Shown: positions 9,147 through 19,728 of the stretch, piece by piece | How the letters are laid out: every line of letters begins with the position of its first letter | How positions within the stretch are numbered: position 1 is the first letter of the stretch | Source of the DNA: an uncultured Verrucomicrobiae bacterium | GTDB lineage: Bacteria > Verrucomicrobiota > Verrucomicrobiia > Chthoniobacterales > JAFAMB01 | Length of the DNA stretch: 64,000 bases | Reading direction: 5' to 3' | Assembly: GCA_963837955.1 (NCBI GenBank) | Contig: CAWIPH010000002.1 | Location: 704,001-768,000 of the forward strand | Notes under the pieces: generated by a model | What the model saw: only the letters and a program-made list of their open reading frames with translations | Database searches by the model: none | What the model was told of the DNA's origin: nothing | Program-made: the position numbers and the translations under genes

Positions 9147-9995
9147 CTACAACAGCCCACTCACAAACTCTTCTTTGTTGAAATAGGCGAAGTCTTCCAG
9201 TTTTTCTCCGGTGCCAACGAATCGCGGAGATATCTCGAGTTCGTTTTGGATCGCAACAACAATTCCCCCTTTACCTGAGCCGTCCAGCTTGGTTACCACC
9301 AACCCGCTCAACCCGACCGCATCTCGAAACTCTTTAGCCTGCACCAGCGCGTTGCTTCCAGTCGTAGCATCTACCACCAGCAGACATTCGTGTGGTGCAT
9401 CCGGATCATGTTTTTCCAAAGTCCGAACGATCTTGCCCAATTCCTGCATCAAATTGTGTTTGGTATGCAGGCGACCGGCCGTATCACAGATCAGAAATTC
9501 GATATTTCTCTTGCGGGCCGCAGAGTAGGCGTCAAAGCAAAGCGCCGAAGGGTCGGCTTGGTATTCGCCGGCGACGATCTCGACGTTGACGCGCTCCGCC
9601 CAGATCTTGAGCTGTTCGATAGCCGCCGCCCGAAATGTGTCGGCGGCAGCCAACATCACCGTATGTTTCTGGCGCCGGAGCAGATGGGCCAGTTTTGCCG
9701 TAGAAGTTGTCTTTCCGGTCCCATTTACGCCTACCATCAAAATGACTTTGGGACGATCGGGAAGCGGACGGAGTCGGGGGTTAGCGTTGGGCAAAATTTG
9801 CTCGATATAGCTCCGAGTCACCTCGATCACCTCTTTCGCAGAAACCGGGGAGCCTCGCTGCTGTAGTGCCTCGATAATACGAAGAGTCATGGGGACGCCG
9901 ATATCGGAACGGATCAGAGTCTCCTCGAGTTCATCCCAATCGACTGGTTTGCCGGAAAAGCGATCGAACAAATCTTTCAAGAAACCGAAAGCCAT
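9147..9995 (-). CDS. ftsY: Signal recognition particle receptor FtsY
   Basis: GVNGTGKTT, DTFRAAA, DTAGR, TKLDGSGKGG and GTGE motifs. Confidence 0.96.
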   Translation of the reverse strand: MAFGFLKDLFDRFSGKPVDWDELEETLIRSDIGVPMTLRIIEALQQRGSPVSAKEVIEVTRSYIEQILPNANPRLRPLPDRPKVILMVGVNGTGKTTSTAKLAHLLRRQKHTVMLAAADTFRAAAIEQLKIWAERVNVEIVAGEYQADPSALCFDAYSAARKRNIEFLICDTAGRLHTKHNLMQELGKIVRTLEKHDPDAPHECLLVVDATTGSNALVQAKEFRDAVGLSGLVVTKLDGSGKGGIVVAIQNELEISPRFVGTGEKLEDFAYFNKEEFVSGLL

Positions 9996-10034
9996 AAAAT
10001 CCTTTCGCGGGTTATTGACCGAAGCGGAAACTGG

Positions 10035-10478
10035 TCATCTTTTCCCGTTCAAAGCGGTACGAAGCGGCCGGTTGAGATCGAGCTTCACCCGATCCAATAC
10101 ACCATTGACGAATTTTCCGGACTCTTCGGTACCGAACTTCTTTGCTATGTCGATCGCCTCGTTGATTGCCACGACGGGTGGCACGTCCTCGGAGAACAGC
10201 ATTTCATAAACGGCCATTCGAAGAATGTTGCGGTCAACTGCCGAAATGCGCTTAAGCTCATAGTTTGCCGTGTAGCGGGTGATCTTCTCATCAACTGCCT
10301 CCTGGCGAGCGATCACCCCCTGGGCTAGTTGCGTAGCAAAAGTTCGGATTGATCCAGTAGCTGACCGGAGCTCCCAGAACCGGGCCAGCCCATCTTCGGT
10401 GAGTGGCTCCTGTAGATTAAGATCCCAGTGGTACAGGAGTTGCAGCGCGACTTCTCGACTCTCTCTTCTCTTTCCCAT
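10035..10478 (-). CDS. nusB: Transcription antitermination factor NusB
   Basis: MGKRRESREVALQ, VDRNILR, VAINEAIDIAKKFG and FVNGVLD; start at ATG 10478. Confidence 0.95.
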   Translation of the reverse strand: MGKRRESREVALQLLYHWDLNLQEPLTEDGLARFWELRSATGSIRTFATQLAQGVIARQEAVDEKITRYTANYELKRISAVDRNILRMAVYEMLFSEDVPPVVAINEAIDIAKKFGTEESGKFVNGVLDRVKLDLNRPLRTALNGKR

Positions 10479-10485
10479 CGCTAGA

Positions 10486-10962
10486 CTAAGCTGCTCGAAG
10501 CGAGCGCAGCGCCGCCAGCATGCGCACAGCCGCCCGGGCCGCTTCCGTTCCACGATTTATCGTTGGCATCAAACATCGTTCCTTCGCTTGATCGTGGGTT
10601 TTTACGACGAGAACTTCATGCAAGACTGGGACTCGGTGGGTTAAGCTCAGGTCGAGCAGCGCTCTGGTTACGGCGCCAGCGATTAATTCCGCGTGCAAGG
10701 TCTGCCCATCAAAAATTAGTCCGAAGGCTAAGACTGCATGCACATTGAGTGTCTCGATCACGATTTTTGTTCCGAGCGGAATCTCGAACGAGCCTGGTAC
10801 TCGCATGGTTGCAAAATTCGATTCTGGCAAAAGCAGGCTCAGTTCTTCGCTGGCAAACCTCACTAGACCGTCGACGTAAGTCGAATTGTACTCACTTGCG
10901 ACGATCGCTAGCCGCCATGCGTCATGATAGACCGGCGGCCGATCTGGAAACTCATTGGACAT
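10486..10962 (-). CDS. ribH: 6,7-dimethyl-8-ribityllumazine synthase
   Basis: VPGSFEIP, GxTxH and NRGTEAA motifs; lies between ribBA and nusB. Confidence 0.9.
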   Translation of the reverse strand: MSNEFPDRPPVYHDAWRLAIVASEYNSTYVDGLVRFASEELSLLLPESNFATMRVPGSFEIPLGTKIVIETLNVHAVLAFGLIFDGQTLHAELIAGAVTRALLDLSLTHRVPVLHEVLVVKTHDQAKERCLMPTINRGTEAARAAVRMLAALRSLRAA

Positions 10963-10976
10963 CGGTGGGGCACCAT

Positions 10977-11096
10977 AGGTTACGGGTCACAAGTTACAAG
11001 TTACAGGTTGCGAGTTGTCACTGTTGGCGCTGGCAAAGGCACCAGAAATCCGCATCGCGGACGAACCTGCAACCTGTAACCTGTAACCCGCAACCT
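10977..11096. repeat. Inverted pair of degenerate heptamer arrays (AGGTTAC-like / GTAACCT-like)
   Basis: About 5 units at 10977-11011 and about 5 reverse-complement units at 11064-11096, between ribBA and ribH. Confidence 0.8.
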
Positions 11097-11097
11097 C

Positions 11098-12297
11098 TTA
11101 GAGGAGGTGGCCCAGCTTCAGGCGTTTAGTCTCCAGGTATTTTTGGTTGTGTTGATTCGTCGGGGCCTTGATCGGAAGTTGATCAATGATGTTGAGGCCG
11201 TAGCCTTCCAGGCCAATCACTTTCTTTGGGTTGTTCGTCAAGAGCCGGATCTCCCTCACACCAACGTCGACTAGAATCTGTGCGCCGATCCCATACTCCC
11301 GAAGATCCCCAGGGAAGCCGAGCCGCTCGTTGGCTTCGACGGTGTCGAGTCCTTCCTCCTGCAGTTTATAAGCCTGGATCTTCGCGGCCAATCCGATACC
11401 ACGCCCCTCCTGACGCATGTATACCAAGACCCCGGATCCCGCCTCATCGATCTGTTCGAGAGCGGCATGGAGTTGGTTTCCGCAGTCGCAGCGTCTTGAA
11501 CCGAAAACGTCTCCGGTCAAGCATTCGCTATGCACGCGCACGAGTGTCGGAGTCGTTGGTGAAATCGTTCCCCGGACAAGTGCTAAATGATGGACGTCGT
11601 CTACCAGTGACCGGTACAAATGCAGCCGGAAATTGCCGTAATCGGTGGGTAGATCGACTTCCTGCTCTTTCACAATCAGTTTCTCACGAGCACGCCGATA
11701 GGATATCAGCTGTTCGATGGAGCAAATCTTAAGGCCGTGTTGCTGGCCGAAGGCAAAAAGCTCTGGAAGACGAGCCATGCTGCCATCGTCGTTTACCACT
11801 TCGGCCAAAACACCGGCTGGTCGAAGTCCGGCCAAGCGCGCAAGATCAACCGCGGCCTCGGTGTGTCCAGCTCGCCGCAAGACGCCTCCTTCGCGATATC
11901 GAAGCGGGAACACGTGTCCCGGTCGAACCAGATCGTCTGCCCGAGTCTGGGGATCGGAAAGGAGTCGGATCGTCCTGGTCCGATCAGCCGCGGAAATACC
12001 GGTCGTGACACCTGATTTGGCGTCGACGGAAATCGTGTAGGCAGTCCGCATCGCTTCATTGTTCCGGAGCGTCATCAGAGGCAATTCCAGCCGATCGAGG
12101 TCAGCGCCTTCCATCGGCACACAGATCACCCCGGACGTATAGCGGATCATAAAACTGAGAGTTTCCGCTGTGGCTTTTTCTGCAGCCAAGATCAGGTCGC
12201 CCTCATTCTCGCGATTCGCGTCATCGGTAACGATGATCGGTCGTCCCTGGCGGAACGACTCCAGGACTTCTTCAATTGGATCGAACTTTAGACTCAT
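11098..12297 (-). CDS. ribBA: Bifunctional DHBP synthase / GTP cyclohydrolase II
   Basis: [40 protein letters not shown] and LLTNNP. Confidence 0.97.
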   Translation of the reverse strand: MSLKFDPIEEVLESFRQGRPIIVTDDANRENEGDLILAAEKATAETLSFMIRYTSGVICVPMEGADLDRLELPLMTLRNNEAMRTAYTISVDAKSGVTTGISAADRTRTIRLLSDPQTRADDLVRPGHVFPLRYREGGVLRRAGHTEAAVDLARLAGLRPAGVLAEVVNDDGSMARLPELFAFGQQHGLKICSIEQLISYRRAREKLIVKEQEVDLPTDYGNFRLHLYRSLVDDVHHLALVRGTISPTTPTLVRVHSECLTGDVFGSRRCDCGNQLHAALEQIDEAGSGVLVYMRQEGRGIGLAAKIQAYKLQEEGLDTVEANERLGFPGDLREYGIGAQILVDVGVREIRLLTNNPKKVIGLEGYGLNIIDQLPIKAPTNQHNQKYLETKRLKLGHLL

Positions 12298-12438
12298 AAA
12301 GGAATACCACCCAGAAGGTACACTCTGTTTCCGGATAGAGAAACTAGCAGAGACCCGGTCGCTTGCCTAGTGCACCAAGCCCGCGACTAGTATAGCGGCG
12401 TTGACCGCTCGAGAGATTAGCATTAGCTAAGCAAACTA

Positions 12439-13371
12439 ATGCAATTCGGGCCCCTTTTCGTCGCCGGTCATCGCGGTCTTGCTGGAGGTGCGGTAGTTCG
12501 TGCTCTTCATCGTCGCGGTTACCAAGATATTTTGACGAGAACACGCCAGGAACTTGATTTGGAAAATTCTGCGGCCGTTCGGGATTTTCTGCGAGCGACC
12601 AAACCAGGAGCTGTCATTATTGCTGCAGCCAAGGTCGGCGGCATCCAAGCGAATGATCGCTACCCGGTGGAGTTTCTCCTTCAAAATCTGTTGATCCAGA
12701 ACAATTTGATTTCGGGAGCATACGAAGCCGGAGTTAAAAAAGTACTCTTTCTGGGCAGTTCTTGCATCTATCCAAAGTTTGCTCCACAGCCGATTCCGGA
12801 AGAGGCGCTCTTGACTGGGCCGCTAGAGCCGACGAACGAAGCATACGCGATCGCCAAGATAACCGGCGTCAAGCTTTGCCAGGCTTATACGCGTGAATAT
12901 GGGGCCAACTTTATTTCAGTAATGCCAACGAATCTGTACGGACCAGGAGATAATTTCGACCTGGAAAACTCCCACGTTTTACCTGCGCTACTTCGGAAAG
13001 CCCACGAAGCCAAGGTCAACGGGGCTTCTGAGCTGGTGGTTTGGGGTACAGGCACTCCGCGTCGAGAGTTTCTGCATTGTGACGATTTGGGGGAAGGGAT
13101 GCTTTTCTTAATGGAGCATTACAATGATCCCGAAATTATCAACGTGGGTTGGGGAACCGACGTCAGCATCCGAGAATTAGCACAGATCATTTGTGAAATA
13201 ACAGGCTTCTCTGGTACGCTTCGCTTCGACCACAGCAAGCCGGACGGCACACCTCGGAAACTGTTGAGCGTTGCCAAACTGCGAAAGCTTGGTTGGGAAC
13301 CAAAAATCAATTTGCGCGAAGGCATCCAGCACACGTATCGCTGGTTCTTGGAGAACCAACCGAAAGGCTAA
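12439..13371 (+). CDS. fcl: GDP-L-fucose synthase
   Basis: GHRGLAG, AAKVGGI, FLGSSCIYP, YAIAK, PTNLYG and VWGTGTPRREF. Confidence 0.95.
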   Translation: MQFGPLFVAGHRGLAGGAVVRALHRRGYQDILTRTRQELDLENSAAVRDFLRATKPGAVIIAAAKVGGIQANDRYPVEFLLQNLLIQNNLISGAYEAGVKKVLFLGSSCIYPKFAPQPIPEEALLTGPLEPTNEAYAIAKITGVKLCQAYTREYGANFISVMPTNLYGPGDNFDLENSHVLPALLRKAHEAKVNGASELVVWGTGTPRREFLHCDDLGEGMLFLMEHYNDPEIINVGWGTDVSIRELAQIICEITGFSGTLRFDHSKPDGTPRKLLSVAKLRKLGWEPKINLREGIQHTYRWFLENQPKG

Positions 13372-13447
13372 TCTGATCCTCTACGACAAATGATTTTCCT
13401 ATGGTCAATCGGATCGTTCTCGAAACAATTATCATCATTTTATTTCT

Positions 13448-14131
13448 GTGAAATCCGATCCCAAAGAACTGCGCATTGCGATTTCGAGTCTGAGCGGCTG
13501 TGGCAACACCACGGCAACACGTAACGTCGGAGCAACGTTAGCGTTGCAAGTAGTCAACTATACTTTTCGCGATCTCGGAGACGATCTCGGAATCACCTTC
13601 GACGAGATTCATGCGCGCGCTGGCGAGACCAAAATGTTCGATTATCTTACCGACCTGGTCCAGATCCGGGCATCCCTCCGATCAAAGGTCGTGGTTGGTT
13701 CTCGCTTGGCCGCATGGTTGGTCGACGCGGATCTCCGCGTTTGGTTGCATGCTTCTCTGGAGGAAAGGGCCAAGCGCATTTTTCGACGAGAACCGGACCG
13801 GTACGCAAGCTACGAAGCGGTCCTGTATTCGACGCTGAAGCGGGACGAACAGAATCGAAAGCGTTACCTCCAGCTTTACGGAATTGACATCAATGATCGG
13901 GGCGACTTCGACATAATCATCAATACCGAAAAGCTGACAGCGGAACAGGTGTCGAGCTTGATCGTAGCTGCCGCCCGGTGGGCGAGCCAAAATCAACTCG
14001 ATCGAGAGAACTTACATCTGCAGAGAATCCGAAAAACCATTACGGACCATTTTGCTCTGGATCCTGCCGTGTTAGTGGATCCCTCGACAAAGATCGATCT
14101 GCGAGAGGTGTATCAGAGAACCAGCCAGTAG
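13448..14131 (+). CDS. Cytidylate kinase-like protein (short archaeal/spirochete type)
   Basis: IAISSLSGCGNTT P-loop variant, GSRLAAW, RDEQNRKRYLQLYGID. Confidence 0.7.
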   Translation: MKSDPKELRIAISSLSGCGNTTATRNVGATLALQVVNYTFRDLGDDLGITFDEIHARAGETKMFDYLTDLVQIRASLRSKVVVGSRLAAWLVDADLRVWLHASLEERAKRIFRREPDRYASYEAVLYSTLKRDEQNRKRYLQLYGIDINDRGDFDIIINTEKLTAEQVSSLIVAAARWASQNQLDRENLHLQRIRKTITDHFALDPAVLVDPSTKIDLREVYQRTSQ

Positions 14132-14171
14132 TCATAAGTCCCATGCGACCCATGAGTCCCATGAGTCCTAG
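14131..14171. repeat. Short degenerate 9-mer tandem (CCCATGAGT-like)
   Basis: gtcataagtcccatgcgacccatgagtcccatgagtcctag directly after the stop codon. Confidence 0.6.
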
Positions 14172-14210
14172 GGGGATGCCGCGGTAGAAACATCCCAGTG
14201 TCTATTAAAC

Positions 14211-16178
14211 CTACAACGCGATTGGCGCAGACAAACAGGAATTCGGAATGCCGAAAGCGTCCACCAATGCGACCGCATCTTGTCTCACCTCTGCACAGAG
14301 GGTGGTGACCAACCGCGTGATGGCCTTTGCCTTGAACCCGGACATCGCACCATTCTCCAAGTACCAGCCCTTATGCATTTCCAGATGGTAAAGCGCGAAA
14401 AGATCGCACAAACGCTTAAGCGCAGTCCGCAAGGTCCGATCCGGAACCTTTTCGATGAATGTAACGAAGTTCTCGAGAATTTCTCGCTCCACATAGCTCT
14501 CAGCCAACTCCAATAGCTGGGGTTGCAGCTTGGTGAAGGCAGAGTAAGCATCCATTTGGTGGTTCTTGGTCAACCGCCGAAAGGCGCTGGCAACTTTCAG
14601 CAACAAACTGGACTGGCGATGCCTGAAATGGCTGAGCTGAATGCTGGCGTCACGCAAGTGGTGCCGGCTCGTGTTCAGCGTAAAGAGCGGCATCCTCCTG
14701 GTAAACCCGCCCACTCTTTGATTGATCAGGTATCCGGTTAACTGCGCGGGCTGCATTCCTTTCAGCTGATCCCTCAGGTCGGTCAGAAGATTCTTAGCCA
14801 CGAGCTGCATAAGTACCGTGTTATCGCCTTCGAAAGTGGTATTTACATCGGTGTCTGCTTTGAGCGCGGCGAATCGATTAGCCGCGATATAGCCTTCGCC
14901 TCCGCAATTCTCCCGACAAGCCTGAATGGTTCGGGTTGTGTTCCAAGTTGCCCAGGCCTTAAGGCCGGCCGCCAGTGTTTCAAGCGTCCGCGACCCGCTA
15001 TCTATTGCTTGAGTATTGAGAACGACCAAGTGCTTCAGCGCAAAATCGACCGCATAAACATTAGCAAGTAGCGGCATCAACCGGCGTTGGACAGCCGGAT
15101 AATCTAACAAAAGAGTCTCTTTCCCAGGCAGTTTTCCGGAACCGAATTGGCGGCGTCGAGCTGCGTATCTTACAGCAATGGTGAGAGCGGATTTGGCAGC
15201 GCTATTGCTGCTGGCGGCAATCGTCACGCGACCACTTACCAAAGTGCCGATCATGGTGAAGAAACGCGTGCCGGCACTTTTGATTTCGCTCTGGTATTTC
15301 CCGCCACTATCCACCTCGGCGAACCGGTTAAGCAGCGCGGTTCTGGGCACTCGCACCTGATCAAACCAGATCTTGCCGTTGTCGACTCCGTTCAGGCCCA
15401 TCTTATAACCATTATCCTCAATTGTTATTCCAGGAAGGACCTCGCCGTTCTCGTCTCGCAACGGTACGATAAAAGCGTGAACGCCATGGTGCTCTCCGTT
15501 AACTTCCAATTGAGCAAAAACAGTTGCCAGTCGGGCATCGACGGCAGCATTACCGATGTAGCTCTTTCCAGCCGAAAATGAGGGACTGTGGATGATGAAG
15601 CCCTCATGTTCCGAATCGTACATTGCTGTCGTTTCAATTCCCTGAACATTGGAGCCATGACCGATCTCGGTCATTGCAAAACATCCCATTAACTGGCCGG
15701 AGACAGCGTCGGCGAGGTATTTACGATGATGGACTTCTGTACCGAGGCGCTGAATGCTTCCGGCGAACAGACCGAATTGCACCCCGAATTTGATTAGCAG
15801 GCTGTGGTCGTGAAATCCGAGTGTCTCGCCAGCCGCCATAAACTTCGCCAGATCTTCCTCTCCGCCCAAAGATTTCGGCAGAAAGATTCGACCGATACCT
15901 GCGTCCGCGATCCGCTTTGTCCAAGCTAGCACTTGCTTCCGATAGGCGTGGTAATCTGTGCCCTCGAAATAATTGAATTCGGGCTGGGTGATGATCTGCT
16001 TGACCAACTCACGCACTCCGCGGTGTTCACCATCGAGAATTCGTTGCATGGCGACGGGCTCGAAACTGGAGAGCTTTTTCTCAATCGGAGGATAGCCACG
16101 ATCAAGTGGGCCGGTCGCAGGCCGAGGCCAGCCGGCAGCTGCGGTTTCGACCGCAGGGCTTTCGAGCGCATTTTTCAT
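14211..16178 (-). CDS. Acyl-CoA oxidase (ACOX-type flavoprotein)
   Basis: CFAMTEIGHGSNV, KMGLNGVDNG, CRENCGGEGY and TFEGDNTVLMQ, plus the ACOX C-terminal domain (LVDAFG). Confidence 0.85.
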   Translation of the reverse strand: MKNALESPAVETAAAGWPRPATGPLDRGYPPIEKKLSSFEPVAMQRILDGEHRGVRELVKQIITQPEFNYFEGTDYHAYRKQVLAWTKRIADAGIGRIFLPKSLGGEEDLAKFMAAGETLGFHDHSLLIKFGVQFGLFAGSIQRLGTEVHHRKYLADAVSGQLMGCFAMTEIGHGSNVQGIETTAMYDSEHEGFIIHSPSFSAGKSYIGNAAVDARLATVFAQLEVNGEHHGVHAFIVPLRDENGEVLPGITIEDNGYKMGLNGVDNGKIWFDQVRVPRTALLNRFAEVDSGGKYQSEIKSAGTRFFTMIGTLVSGRVTIAASSNSAAKSALTIAVRYAARRRQFGSGKLPGKETLLLDYPAVQRRLMPLLANVYAVDFALKHLVVLNTQAIDSGSRTLETLAAGLKAWATWNTTRTIQACRENCGGEGYIAANRFAALKADTDVNTTFEGDNTVLMQLVAKNLLTDLRDQLKGMQPAQLTGYLINQRVGGFTRRMPLFTLNTSRHHLRDASIQLSHFRHRQSSLLLKVASAFRRLTKNHQMDAYSAFTKLQPQLLELAESYVEREILENFVTFIEKVPDRTLRTALKRLCDLFALYHLEMHKGWYLENGAMSGFKAKAITRLVTTLCAEVRQDAVALVDAFGIPNSCLSAPIAL

Positions 16179-18325
16179 GTCTGACTCGGTTGAAGTTGGG
16201 CCGATGCCGCAACAGACGGAGCCGGACCGCCGGGATAGAATTTGGAATCAGTACTGCCCATTTCGCTCAGGAGGGCACATGGGGCGAAGTAATCTTTGCC
16301 GTTTTGGCTGAGATCGCGCAGGCGAGCAACGACCGTTGAAATACCGATGGAGTCAGCGTAGCGGAGCGGACCGCCCCGGAACGGAGCCCAGCCTGTGCCC
16401 ATAATCATTGCGAAATCGACGTCCGCTGGATCAGCTACGACTTTTTCAGCGAGGCAGCGTGCGGCTTCATTGACCATCACGAGCACCAAACGATCACGCA
16501 AAAGGGTAGCATCCGCGGCAGACGGCTCACTTTCCTGCTGATAGGCGTGAAGTTCTGGATTCGGACGCTCCGTGCCCGAGCTGTAGTCATAGAATCCTTT
16601 GCCAGATTTTCGACCGAGCCAACCTTGAGCGATCATCCGCTCGATGGTGTTGTTTAGTGGAGGCAAATTCTGAACACGTTGAGCGAGATCGCTGCCGACA
16701 TGCAACGAAACATCCAAGCCCACCTCATCGGTTAGCCGGAGCGGGCCCATCGGCATACCGAAATCGAGCATGACACGATCGATCGTTTCCAGCCGGTAGC
16801 CCTCTCCGAATAGATTGAAGGCTTCCATCATATAAGGGAGGAGGATGCGATTGACCAAAAAACCGGGGCTATCCTTGACTAAAACCGGTAGCTTCCCGAT
16901 CGATTTCACGAACTGAATGGCGGTGGCCAGCGTCTGTGGAGACGTCTGGGTTCCTTGTACGACTTCCACCAATTGCATCCGGTGCACTGGATTAAAGAAG
17001 TGAATTCCAACCACTTTACCGGGGTCCGAGAGTCCGTTGGCGATGACATCGATCGAGAGCGCGGAAGTATTGGACGCAATGACTTGGCAGTTCGGTACTT
17101 TGTCGGAGATCTCGCGAAAAATTTGCTGTTTTACGTCCAGCTTTTCTACCGCGGCCTCGATCACCAAATCGACATCTCGCAACGGGATATCTTCGTAGAT
17201 CGGCAGAATTCGATCGAGACCAGCCTGCGCTTCTGTTTCTGAAAAGATTCGGCGCTTCACGGTATCGCGATAGATCTTGTGGATTGATCGCAAGCCTTTG
17301 CCCAACGGTTCCGGACCGATGTCTTTTAGCACCACCCGAAGGCCCCGAGCGCTGAGCCATTGAGCAATACCAGAACCCATCAACCCTGCTCCCACCACCA
17401 ATGCCTTGCTGATCTTCCGAATTGGTTGGTCTGTTTTGGCCGAAAGCTTCTTGGATCGCTCCTGCAGGAAAAAGACCCGTATCAGATTTTGGGCGATTTC
17501 GCTGGAGGCCAAGTCGATAAAGGCCCGACGTTCGTTCTCCAAAGATTCGGCGTGGGGCACTATCAAACCGGCCATCACGACCTCCAGCGCTTTCAGTGGA
17601 GCGGGATAATGTCCTCGTGTTTTTGCTAGAACCTTCTTTTTAGCTTGAGCGGCAATGAAGATCGAAATCGGAGGACGATTGGTGAGAGGCGGCCTGAGCT
17701 CGCGCTTTCTTCCCTGCTTAGAGGCGATCTGCCGAGTTGCCAACTCCATTAGACGCTCCGGATAGGCGATTTCGTCGACCATCCCCAATTTCTTGGCTGC
17801 TTTCGCTGCGTACTGTTTGCCTGACAGAATAGCGTCGAGCGCGGCCGTCAATCCGACTAATCGCGGAAGCCGAGTTGATCCGCCCCAGGCAGGAAGAATG
17901 CCGAGCATAGTTTCCGGCAGGCCGACCTTCGTTGCCGAATCCAGCGACGCGATCCGGTAATCACAGGCCAACGCCACTTCGAATCCGCCTCCGACTGCCA
18001 CGCCGTGGATAGCTGCGACTGTCGGAAATGGAAGCGCCGCGATCCGATCAAAGGTCTTTTGACCCAACTCGATAAGGTAGGAGAGTCTCTCTGCAGTGAG
18101 GTCCTTGGTGAACCCGTTTAGATCCGCACCGGCGATAAAGATCTTCGGTTTTGCGGAACGAATGATCAATCCCCGAACGTTTGAATCCCCGGTGAGAACA
18201 TTCAGGTGTTCATTCAGTTCATCGAATGTCGGTTGATCAAAAATATTTGCTGAAGATTCCGGCCGATCAAAAGTTAGCACCGCAATCCCAGATTCGATCG
18301 TCTGGCGCTGGATATTTTGGCTCAC
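16175..18325 (-). CDS. fadJ: Multifunctional enoyl-CoA hydratase / 3-hydroxyacyl-CoA dehydrogenase (FadJ/FadB type)
   Basis: FIAGAD, GGGFE, GLPE (hydratase); GAGLMG, SNTS, HFFNP, PGFLVNR, PMGP (dehydrogenase). Start taken at GTG 18325. Confidence 0.9.
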   Translation of the reverse strand: MSQNIQRQTIESGIAVLTFDRPESSANIFDQPTFDELNEHLNVLTGDSNVRGLIIRSAKPKIFIAGADLNGFTKDLTAERLSYLIELGQKTFDRIAALPFPTVAAIHGVAVGGGFEVALACDYRIASLDSATKVGLPETMLGILPAWGGSTRLPRLVGLTAALDAILSGKQYAAKAAKKLGMVDEIAYPERLMELATRQIASKQGRKRELRPPLTNRPPISIFIAAQAKKKVLAKTRGHYPAPLKALEVVMAGLIVPHAESLENERRAFIDLASSEIAQNLIRVFFLQERSKKLSAKTDQPIRKISKALVVGAGLMGSGIAQWLSARGLRVVLKDIGPEPLGKGLRSIHKIYRDTVKRRIFSETEAQAGLDRILPIYEDIPLRDVDLVIEAAVEKLDVKQQIFREISDKVPNCQVIASNTSALSIDVIANGLSDPGKVVGIHFFNPVHRMQLVEVVQGTQTSPQTLATAIQFVKSIGKLPVLVKDSPGFLVNRILLPYMMEAFNLFGEGYRLETIDRVMLDFGMPMGPLRLTDEVGLDVSLHVGSDLAQRVQNLPPLNNTIERMIAQGWLGRKSGKGFYDYSSGTERPNPELHAYQQESEPSAADATLLRDRLVLVMVNEAARCLAEKVVADPADVDFAMIMGTGWAPFRGGPLRYADSIGISTVVARLRDLSQNGKDYFAPCALLSEMGSTDSKFYPGGPAPSVAASAQLQPSQT

Positions 18326-18342
18326 GACGTTTCTTCTTTCCT

Positions 18343-19632
18343 TTAGTTTCGACTCAACCAAAGCGCGCCACCTTGTCCGCCGCCGACGCAAAGAGAAACA
18401 AGCGCTTTATCGGCTTGCCGGCGATGAAGTTCCTTCAGTGCGGTAAGAACGAGTCGAGAACCAGTAACGCCAATCGGGTGACCGAGCGCGATCCCGCCAC
18501 CATTCACATTCAAGATCTCATCCGGGATTTCACCTAATATTGCTTCCCGACCCAGATTTTGGCGACAATATTCTGTCGAGGTCGCGGCACGCTGGCAGGC
18601 GATTACCTGTGCCGCAAACGCTTCGTTGATCTCGATAATCGCAGCGTCCTTTACTTTCAACCCAACTCTCCGTTCGGCGCGATCGATCGCAAATACAGGC
18701 CCGAGGCCCATGCGGGACGGATCAACTCCGGCATAGGCGTATCCCAGTAGGCGTCCGAGCGGCGTGAGGCCCGATTCCCGCAGCCCTTTTTCGGTCATCA
18801 GCAGCAAAGCCACAGCACCATCGGTAATCTGGGAAGAGTTACCCGCGGTCACCGTTCCCGTTCTTGGCTCGAAAACCGGTTTCAACTTCGCCAGAGCTTC
18901 CATGCTCTGGTTTTCCCGGGGGCCATTATCCTGATCCATATAAGCCTTGCCGTTCTTCGATTTAGTCAGGTAGACCGGTGTAATTTCCTCCCGGAGCCGA
19001 TCATGCGCTGCCATTGCCCGGTGGTGAGATCGCATGGCAAACGCATCTTGGTCTTCGCGCGTGACGTTGAAGTCTCGGCTTAGATTTTCAGCAGTCTGTC
19101 CCATGTTGAATCCGCTTACGGGATCGGCCAGCCCAAGTTGCAATGCGACGCGAGGCTTGAAATCCGAACCCCGAAAGCTGGTGATCGCCTTCAGTTTTTG
19201 CGGAAAGTTTTTGGCCCGCGCGAGCGCAGAAAATTTCTTAGCGGCCTCGTAGGAGTAGAGCAGAGGTATTTGCGACATGCTTTCTACTCCGCCGACGACG
19301 AACACGTCCCCTCGTCCGGCGAGCGCCTTTTCAGCCGCTTGCGTTACCGCCTCGAAACCGGAAGCGCAATTGCGGTGCACTGTTATGGCGGGCACCGATT
19401 CGGGGATGCCGGCTCGGAGCGCGATCACGCGCGCGATATTCGGTGCCTCGGCCGGTTGGCCGACGCAGCCCAGGATTACCTCTTCAATTTTGCCGGCATC
19501 GATTCCGCTCCTGGCCAGCAACAGGCTCACTGTCATTCTGCCGAGTTCTACCGCGTCGTAATCGGCCAGCGTTGTTCCAGACTTAGCAAACGGAGTGCGG
19601 ACGCCGTCCACGATGTAAATGGGTTCGTTCAT
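18343..19632 (-). CDS. fadI: 3-ketoacyl-CoA thiolase
   Basis: RNCASG, GNSSQITDGA, EINEAF, GHPIG and LCVGGG. Confidence 0.9.
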   Translation of the reverse strand: MNEPIYIVDGVRTPFAKSGTTLADYDAVELGRMTVSLLLARSGIDAGKIEEVILGCVGQPAEAPNIARVIALRAGIPESVPAITVHRNCASGFEAVTQAAEKALAGRGDVFVVGGVESMSQIPLLYSYEAAKKFSALARAKNFPQKLKAITSFRGSDFKPRVALQLGLADPVSGFNMGQTAENLSRDFNVTREDQDAFAMRSHHRAMAAHDRLREEITPVYLTKSKNGKAYMDQDNGPRENQSMEALAKLKPVFEPRTGTVTAGNSSQITDGAVALLLMTEKGLRESGLTPLGRLLGYAYAGVDPSRMGLGPVFAIDRAERRVGLKVKDAAIIEINEAFAAQVIACQRAATSTEYCRQNLGREAILGEIPDEILNVNGGGIALGHPIGVTGSRLVLTALKELHRRQADKALVSLCVGGGQGGALWLSRN

Positions 19633-19728
19633 ACTTCCAAAGCAGGGTCAAATTCGGCGTTACCGATTGTACAGTGAAACCTATCATAAATCTGGTGAAG
19701 CCCAATTGCTCCGAGAAGGGGGCTTGCA

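Noticed and set aside
12298..12438. FMN riboswitch upstream of ribBA
   Set aside because: The gap is only 141 bp, shared with divergent fcl, and lacks the RFN conserved motifs.
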